Assembly: GCF_009914755.1 (NCBI RefSeq)
Contig: NC_060947.1
From: the human T2T-CHM13v2.0 reference genome, Homo sapiens
DNA length: 64,000 bases
Reading direction: 5' to 3' (one strand)
The translations under genes were made by a program, and so were the position numbers. The notes under the pieces are model-generated. The model saw nothing but the letters and a program-made list of their open reading frames with translations. It was not told where the DNA came from and ran no database searches. Positions 56,376-64,000 of this stretch are shown piece by piece (position 1 is the stretch's first letter; every line of letters begins with the position of its first letter).

Positions 56376-58639
56376 TCAGACTGACTTAGAACAAAAATCA
56401 CATTCTAGATGAGCTGATGGAAGATCGATTGAGGTTTTAGGGTTTTTTTTATGAAGTGAAAAAAAGAACTGTTTATTTTGCCAATTTCATTATAAAAAAA
56501 TAATAAGAGTGTGTCTCTGTGGTTGTTTGTACACAGAAAGCAGAAGAAATGAGAAGAACCTCGAAGTCATCTGGCAAAAGGCGGGACCAGACTGGAGATG
56601 CTTTTTTTTCTCTTTTCAAAACCAGGAGTGTATTTGTTATCACACAATTTAATTCAAAAAGTCCAGTGGTAGAGTCAGAGCACCCATCTCCTTGTCTTGG
56701 TTCTGCCACCAACCAGCTCTGGGGCCTGGGACAAGTTACTTAACCTCTCTGTGCCCCCTCTTATCTATTTAAGAATATGGGTCTGGAAGTTCTTGTCTTA
56801 CAGAACCATGTTGGTGGTCTGAGAGCAGTGACAATGAGGTGCTGTGGGTTGGGTGAGTGTGGGAGTGTCTGTCCTTTGTATACTGCAGACTCTCTTCTCT
56901 GGATGTGCCAACTGAGAATGGCTACAAGAACATCAGAAAACAAGCCACCGCCCTAAAGGTACTTAGATCCAAAGAAAACCCAAAGCACACATGTAAAAGC
57001 TGCTCAAACACATACAAAGGAAAGCATACAATTATAGTCACCACAGAGCATTTAATAATAATAAGATGCCTGAGAGAAAATGTAGCTGGGAACCCACATG
57101 GGATTGACAGAAGGACAGGACACTTTGTCACTTGCTTTTTCAATAAACAGATCAGATTCTCCTTTTTAACCACATGCTCCTTGGCCACCTTCTGTGAGCA
57201 AACACAGGATTTATCGAAGATCTGAGAATGTTGCTAATGTTGCTTGACCCCTGGTAGGACTAGAATCCATGACTTCCTTAGCCCAGCCCTCTAATCAACC
57301 CTGCCCATCCACCAGGTCTTGGGAAGCTGGGCAGAGATGCCATAAGCAAAGGACTGCTGGCTGAAGCACCATGGGAAGCATGGATGCTCCTTCTCTGTGG
57401 CCAAAATGGCAGAGCAGCCCTGAAAAAACTTTCTTGGCTGTGCTGTAGGCTTTACACAGGCTTGTTATTATTTTTTGAACCCTCTGAGATTGACAGGGCA
57501 GGAAATGGTATCACGATTTTCTCTTAACTTCTAAAGTGACTTGCTATAGTCACCTAGGTTTTTCATGAATTATAGAAGAGAAGAGGCCTAAAAACTGAAT
57601 TTCCCAATACCTGGGACAATGCTGATTTAGTAAGTTGGGGTTTCTAGGAGAAGATAGAAATACATTGACATATATTAATCCATTGATTAATTAATTTATG
57701 AGGCAACTGCCATCTACATTAAAGAATACACATTTTTTTCACTTAATAAAAATGAGATCTCTCTCATGCACTTCTTAAGCTTCTTCCAAAAACAAACTAC
57801 CAAACTGGTAACTGTCCAATTAGTTGGAATAAATTGAACAGGCGCCCTCAGTTAATTGTCAAACTGAGTAGTCTAAAAACCACGTAACACCACCAAGCAC
57901 AGAGTGTTCCTTCCCTTCCTCACCAGGTCTGCTGCTCTGGGAACAGGGTTGAGAACCCCTTCCAGTTTCAGTCCAGCGAAGATGCGTTCTTTGGCCATGA
58001 ACTAGAAGCCAGTCCTCCATGCAGTGCCTTTCGGGCTGAAGCCAGTTGTCCACTAAATCTGCTTGGGAACTGATTTGTTAATTATTCTTTTCCTTTTGTG
58101 ACATTTTTCAAGATAAACTTACTTGGGCCAGCCTCCTAGAAAACCTTTTAAAATGCTAATTACGCAATTGTGCGAATAATGTAAAAATGAGTCCTGTGGT
58201 GCACTCAGCACTTGACTAATTAACAAGCAGTAAATGAATCCTAGCCTAGGAAATTCTGTACAGGGCTGTGTGAACGGCAGAGAGCTTCCTGGAGCCACAG
58301 TTGGAAGAGTGGTTTTAAGCAAATAGGTTCTTAGAGAAATTGACCAGTGAAAATCAAGAATTATTTGGTCATAGCATAATCTTTTACCAAAATTGAATAT
58401 CATTGGTGGATTTGATTCAGCAAATGTTTGTTGAAGCCTTGTAAGGCTCTATAATAGACCTAGGGAACAAGGATACAAAGATGAATTAGATATGAAGGAT
58501 GTCCTGAAAGCTAATGATCTTGTGAAAGACAGAGGCGAGTAATCAGAGACTACAGCGGGATGGCTTTTAACTTCAAGGACAGAATACCATAGTAATGGTG
58601 GCTCCAATGATAAAGATTGTCTTACAAAATATAATGCCT

Positions 58640-59008
58640 GAATGTAGATGGTTCTAGGGTTGTCTCTTCCCATTCTTTTGCTTGGTCATTCTCAGCATGT
58701 TGGCTTTGTGTTCTTAGGCTTGTCTTGTGATTGCAACATGGTTGCCTTGTTCTAAGCATCATATTCCAAAATAACACGGTTCAAAAGCAGTAAGCAAGTC
58801 AGGGTCTGGGGAGGGGTGCAGTATGGTAGGAGATCTATGCTCCCACATAGCATTCACAAAAGTAAGTCACATGGCCACTCCTAGATGCCAGGGTTGGGGA
58901 GAGGGTGCCTGGAAATCCAGTCTGGCTCTGCAGCTACTTTCCATCAGCAGCTCAAGACTATGGAAGGGATTAAAAAATTTTGTTGGCCAGTTGGACATCT
59001 CTGCTACA
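58640..59008 (-). mobile_element. MaLR solo LTR (old MLT1)
   Basis: cattctcagcatgttggcttt...aagtcacatggccactcctagatgc...tctctgctaca. Confidence 0.65.
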
Positions 59009-59472
59009 TAATACAGTAAGCGCTGTAGTACAGATGCATACAGAAGACAGAGACAGTCAATTCTGCCTTAAAAATAATGGGAGGTTTTGTAGAGGACCTG
59101 ACAGCTTAGCTGAGTCATCAGGTGGATGACAGAGAGAAATGTGCAAAGCATAGACTCACGAAAGAGCTTATCAAGTTATTGTGCTGTTTGTGGGGGATTT
59201 TTTTTTTTGCCCTTTTTCCCCATTTTTTGGTCAAACCTCACGACCTAGCAAGTCATTTAACTCATCAGGGTTTCAGGATCTTCATCTGTGAAAGTGAGGC
59301 AGTTGGAGTCTGTAAACATAAAATGATCTCCATTGTTCTTTCATCCCTTTTTTGTTTAAACCTTCAGAGTAGAAGTTACATAGATATTAACAGTCTCAAC
59401 ATTTCTTGTACAGATATAGCAGGGTTCTTTAATCTTATCTCCTCTATAAAAATACATTTCAAAAATTTCTCA

Positions 59473-59712
59473 GGGAGGCAATGTGGTATTGTAGGCAGAG
59501 CATGAGATTGGGAATCACGGATCTGCATTTGAAGCCAAACTTTGTCATTTTCTTGCTGTGTGACCTTGAGAAGACACAACATCTTTAAGTCTCAGTTTCC
59601 TCACCTGCAAAATTGAGATTATAGTACCTGTCTTCCAGGTTTCTTGGAAGATTTAGTGATAATTGTTTTTCAACACATAGCACAGTGTTAGATACTTACT
59701 AGGTTCTCAATA
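59473..59712 (+). mobile_element. MIR
   Basis: gggaggcaatgtggtattgtagg...gctgtgtgaccttgag...ctcagtttcctcacctgcaaaat. Confidence 0.85.
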
Positions 59713-61560
59713 ATTCACAAAAGAAGAAATACAAATGGCCAATACATGAAGTTTTATTTTTATTTTTTAATTTTTTATTTCCATAGGTTTTTGGGGAACA
59801 GGTGGTATTTGGTTACACAAGTAAGTTCTTTAGTGGTGATTTGTGAGATTTTGGTACACCCATCACCTGAGCAGTATATACTGAACCCAATTTGAAGTCC
59901 TTTATCCCTCCCCACCTTCCCACCCTTTTTACTCCTGAGTCCCCAAAATCCATTGTGTCATTCTTATGCCTTTGCATCCTCATAGCTTAGCTCCCACTTA
60001 TAAGTAAGAACATACGATGTTTGGTTTTCCATTCCTGAGTTACATCACTTAGAATAATAGTCTCCAATCTCATCCAGGTAGCTGCGAATGCCATCATTTT
60101 GTTCCTTTTTATGGCTGAGTAGCATTCCATGGTATTCCATGGTATGTATGTGTGTATGTGGGTAACATTTTCTTTATCCACTCGTTGACTGATGGACATT
60201 TGGGTTGGTTCCCTATTTTTGCAATTGCGAATTGTGCTGCTATAAACATGCGTGAGTGAGTATCTTTTTCATATGACTTATTTTCTTCTGGGTACATACC
60301 CAGTAGTGGGATTGCTGTATCAAATGGTAGATCTACTTTTAGTTCTTTAAGGAATCTCCACACTGTTTTCCATAGTGGTTATACTAGTTTACATTCCCAC
60401 CAGCAGTGTAGAAGTGTTCTGTTTTCACTGCATCCATGCCAATGTCTATTATTTTTTATATTTTTTTGATTATGCCCATTCTTGCAGGAGTAAGATGGTA
60501 TTGGATTGTGGTTTTGATTTGCATTTCCCTGATCATCAGTGATGTTGAGCATTTTTTTCATGTGTTTGTTGGTCATTTGTATATCTTCTTTTGAGAATTG
60601 TCTATTCATGTCCTTGTTTGAGAGCAATACATGAAGTTTTAAATGTTCAATGAGAAATAACTCTCTGTGTGTGTGCAAGTGTGTATGTATCAAATGGGCA
60701 AACATTTTTTAAATTGGTGATCCCCAGCATGGGTGAGGGTGTGATGAGACAGAGATTCTCATATATTCCTAATGGGAATATGAAATGATACATTTCTGGG
60801 GGACTGTGTGGCAGTTGGAATCTGTCTTTTGAAAATGTTCGAACCCTTTGATCTGGTAATTCAAAATCTAAAAGCTTATGCTAGGTGGACCATCTATGAT
60901 GATATGATAGGATACGATTAGTATAAAGTTGTTCATCTTGGTGCTATCTGGAATAAATAACATTGGATTCATCACAAATGATCAACAACAGACAATTTAT
61001 TAAATGAATTAAGCTCCATTCATGGTTTTTAGTATTACCCAGATATTAAAAATCATGTTTTGGGAAGATATTTAATGATATGGAGGAAATGGTTGTTATA
61101 TAAAATTATTTAAAAAGGGCAGTCTATAAAACAGTATATATAGTATAGTCCCAGTTTTATAAAAACAAACACCATAAATGGAAAAATGACTGGCAGTAAA
61201 ATGCCAAAATGTGAAAATGATTATCTCTGGGTACTGAAAAAACAAGGGTTTTTTATTTTCTTCTGTGCCTCTGAATTCTCCAAGCTGTCTTGCATTGTGC
61301 ATGTAATGATGTGGAAAACACTTATAAAATTAAGAGAAAATATCATATCAGGTTAGAAAAATTACCAAAAATGTCAGAATACAAATGGACTCCAACTATG
61401 TAAGAATACACACACATCCCCCCCAACACACACATACAAAGAAAAACCAAGAAGATGAAAGGAACTATGTCCAAATCTTAGTAATTTTCTCTGAGATGGT
61501 GGAATGATGGATTATCATCATTTTCTTCTTTATACTAGTTTATATTTTTCCACTTGAATA
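59712..61560 (+). mobile_element. Old L1M(E) relic interrupted by L1PB
   Basis: aattcacaaaagaagaaatacaaatggccaa [L1PB] aaatgttcaa...ccctttgatctggtaattc...aaaacagtatatatagtatagtccca. Confidence 0.65.
59752..60615 (-). mobile_element. 5'-truncated L1PB (L1PB1-like)
   Basis: tttttatttccataggtttttggggaacaggtggtatttggttac 3' end; perfect 17-bp TSD caatacatgaagtttta at 59740-59756 and 60625-60641; ORF2 C-terminal peptides. Confidence 0.92.
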
Positions 61561-62615
61561 GAAAAAGAAAATCGCCACCAAATAAAACCTATAAAAAGAA
61601 GTTTTCTTGAGTACTGTGTTCCATATAGTCACTGGCTCTGGTAGCCATAAGCAACACATAAATCTGAAGGCCAGGACTTCTTTTACCCCACAGCTGGGGA
61701 ATCATTTGTCCTATGTGGAACCTGGTACCCATGTTAATCCTCTGCCTCCTGAATACATCAAGTCCCACATTGTAAAAGGCAAAAGGACAAGGCCAGAGTT
61801 ACTGTTGATGGAGAAAATGAGTGGATTTTGCTGGTGTAAGAGATAGCAATAGAATCTGTGCTCTAGGTCGTAGGGAGGGCACCCTGCATTTTGCAAACTT
61901 GTGCTTGCTGATCCAATAGGCACCCCTGGTTGGATGCAGGGAGCTCTCTGGTGGCCAAAGGGTGTCAACGCAGCAATTTTTGCACTTCCACAACCAAACC
62001 CAAGATCTACTAGCCGAGATCAGAAGCCGATGCATACTTGCAGATTACATTTTAAGCCCTTATAATGGGTAGGAAAACATCTGTCTCTATTATTTCCATG
62101 GTATTTGGTATGAAGACAGAATCCTCCACCCTGCCCTTAAAATTTCACATAGAATAGGTATGCTTTCTGCCTTCGTGCCCAGGTCAAACTCACTTGACAC
62201 TGCGTAGTTTTAAACTGTGTAATAAATTGCCCGAGGTGCACCAACTAATGTGTGACCCCGGATCACACTGCTTGCCCCACAAATCCATACTGTGTGAAAT
62301 TGACCTTGCTGGTTGTTTTTCAAGTGGGTCTTTATAGCATCATAGAATGGAAGGAGTCTTAAAAACAAAAAGACTGAGACAGAGCTTGCTGAAAGAAATG
62401 ACTCATTACTGGCTGAACCGGGAATGGAATATATTTCCAATCTTGAGAATATTGTCCAGCAGGCTCCCTCATTTCCCTCCGGCTGCCTTTATCTGAGGTG
62501 GCCAACTTGAAACCAAAACTAAAGCTTCTGACTCTCGTGGTTCCTGGATAGTCTTGTGTTTCTGTGTGTTTGCATCATACTGCGACTGTGCATCTGAGAT
62601 GGAGTGGTCCACTGA

Positions 62616-62642
62616 TGTGTGTGTGTGTGTGTGTGTGTGTGT
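62616..62642. repeat. (TG)n microsatellite
   Basis: Direct observation. Confidence 0.95.
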
Positions 62643-63721
62643 ACATGTGCATGCAAATACACATATGTATAATAGTGTGCAGTCACTGTAATAATCACTG
62701 TATACCTGTCTATCTCTGTCATTTTATTTAGGCATAGTCCATAGACTCAACCATATTATACATTCCTTGGAGATGATCTTCTGTGTCTTTTGTACTTCAG
62801 TATAATACTATCCAGAGGTGTTGGAGCCATTAGCACAATTTAGGCTACTTTCTTTGTAAGCCATGATTGAAAACAATGTCTGACTCATTTGGGTCCTTAG
62901 ACTCAGGACTTTGTTTGTAGAATATTGTTCTATATTTAGCTTTTGTGTCAGCCCTAGGTTTTAAAGAGGCCTGAAGATTAGTGGAAACTTACCCCCTGGG
63001 TATTCTAGAATGTTCCATTGAGAGGTAATTAAGGGGAAGAAAAGGAACAACTTGTGCTCCCCAATTGGCAAGCCAGCGACTTGGTTATATATTTCTGTTT
63101 GCTGGAGCAAAAGAGCTTTGAATTCTATCCCATTTTAACATCGTCTCAACAATCACCAAGGTAGTTTAATAATGGCACCTTCGAACTTTGCCTGGCAAAT
63201 GGAAATCTGAGGATAAGCCCTGAAATGTTCTCTATAGTCCATTTGAATGTTCTATCAAATTTATTCATTTTGACAATGACTTTTTAAAAAAAGAGAAATG
63301 TGCCAGGAAATGATAATTTTAAGTGGACCTTAGGAATGTTATAATAAAGCCCAGTGCTAGGACAAAGCAAGGACCAGCTTGGTGGAGGGTTTTGGAGGCA
63401 GACCAATGGGGTTTGATTTTTGACACTGCCAAGCTGGGAAGGAAGAAGTGCAGGGGGTATAGACAGGGCAGATGGGCCCTAGATGGTTGTTACATGTGTG
63501 TGATGGGTATGTGGAATTTCATGGTAAAGTTCTATCTACTTTGGGGTATGTTAAAAATTCATCATTCACCATAATAAAAACCTAAACATTTTTCCAAAAA
63601 AAATTTTTAAAAGAAGAAGGAAACAAGCTTGGCCAAGGACATTCAACAAGTAAGTGGCAGAGAAAAGCAGCAGCATGTAATGTAAGAGCATACTTATTGA
63701 AACATCATGGCACAAAATTAA

Positions 63722-63945
63722 AATGAGCACAGGCTTTGAAGTAGGATATGAGTTCAAGTTATGACTCTTACTCCATTTGTAAACCTTAAGTCACTTAACC
63801 TCTCTGATGTCAACAGTCCCCTCCGCTATAAAATGAGGATACAACACTCACCTCCCAGAGTTGCTGCGACCATGAGAAATTAACATATATGTCAAGCACC
63901 TAGAACCCTATTTGGCCTTGATAAGCATTCCTGCTTTTATTATTA
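63722..63945 (+). mobile_element. MIR
   Basis: gagcacaggctttgaag...aagtcacttaacctctctg...tataaaatgaggata...agcacctagaac. Confidence 0.8.
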
Positions 63946-64000
63946 ATATAGTAAGCAGATTAAGAATCCCAGTGGATTCCAGTGGGCCCACTGGGAAGGA

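Overview
Primate genomic DNA (AluY, AluS, AluJ, L1PA and L1PB present; probably human or ape, species not provable here). It reads as intronic or intergenic. I recognise no host protein-coding exon, RNA gene or CpG island. The only ORFs with recognisable homology come from a full-length but disabled L1PA element on the minus strand (~39254-45448). The rest is a dense layer of Alu, MIR, L2, MaLR/ERVL solo LTRs, hAT/mariner relics and microsatellites. I did not find a convincing new gene system. The best signals are traces of DNA rearrangement: (1) a perfect 80-bp inverted templated insertion into a MIR (2854-2933 copied to 3308-3387); (2) an L1 3' transduction of ~113 bp with its own AATAAA and poly(A) inside the TSDs; (3) an L1PB fragment truncated just beyond a 31-bp inverted homology to its own target site; (4) an old ~167-bp local copy of part of an ERVL LTR between microsatellites; (5) small tandem duplications beside hairpins. 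Repeat subfamily names come from recalled consensus sequences and need RepeatMasker/Dfam confirmation. Boundaries of old repeats are approximate.
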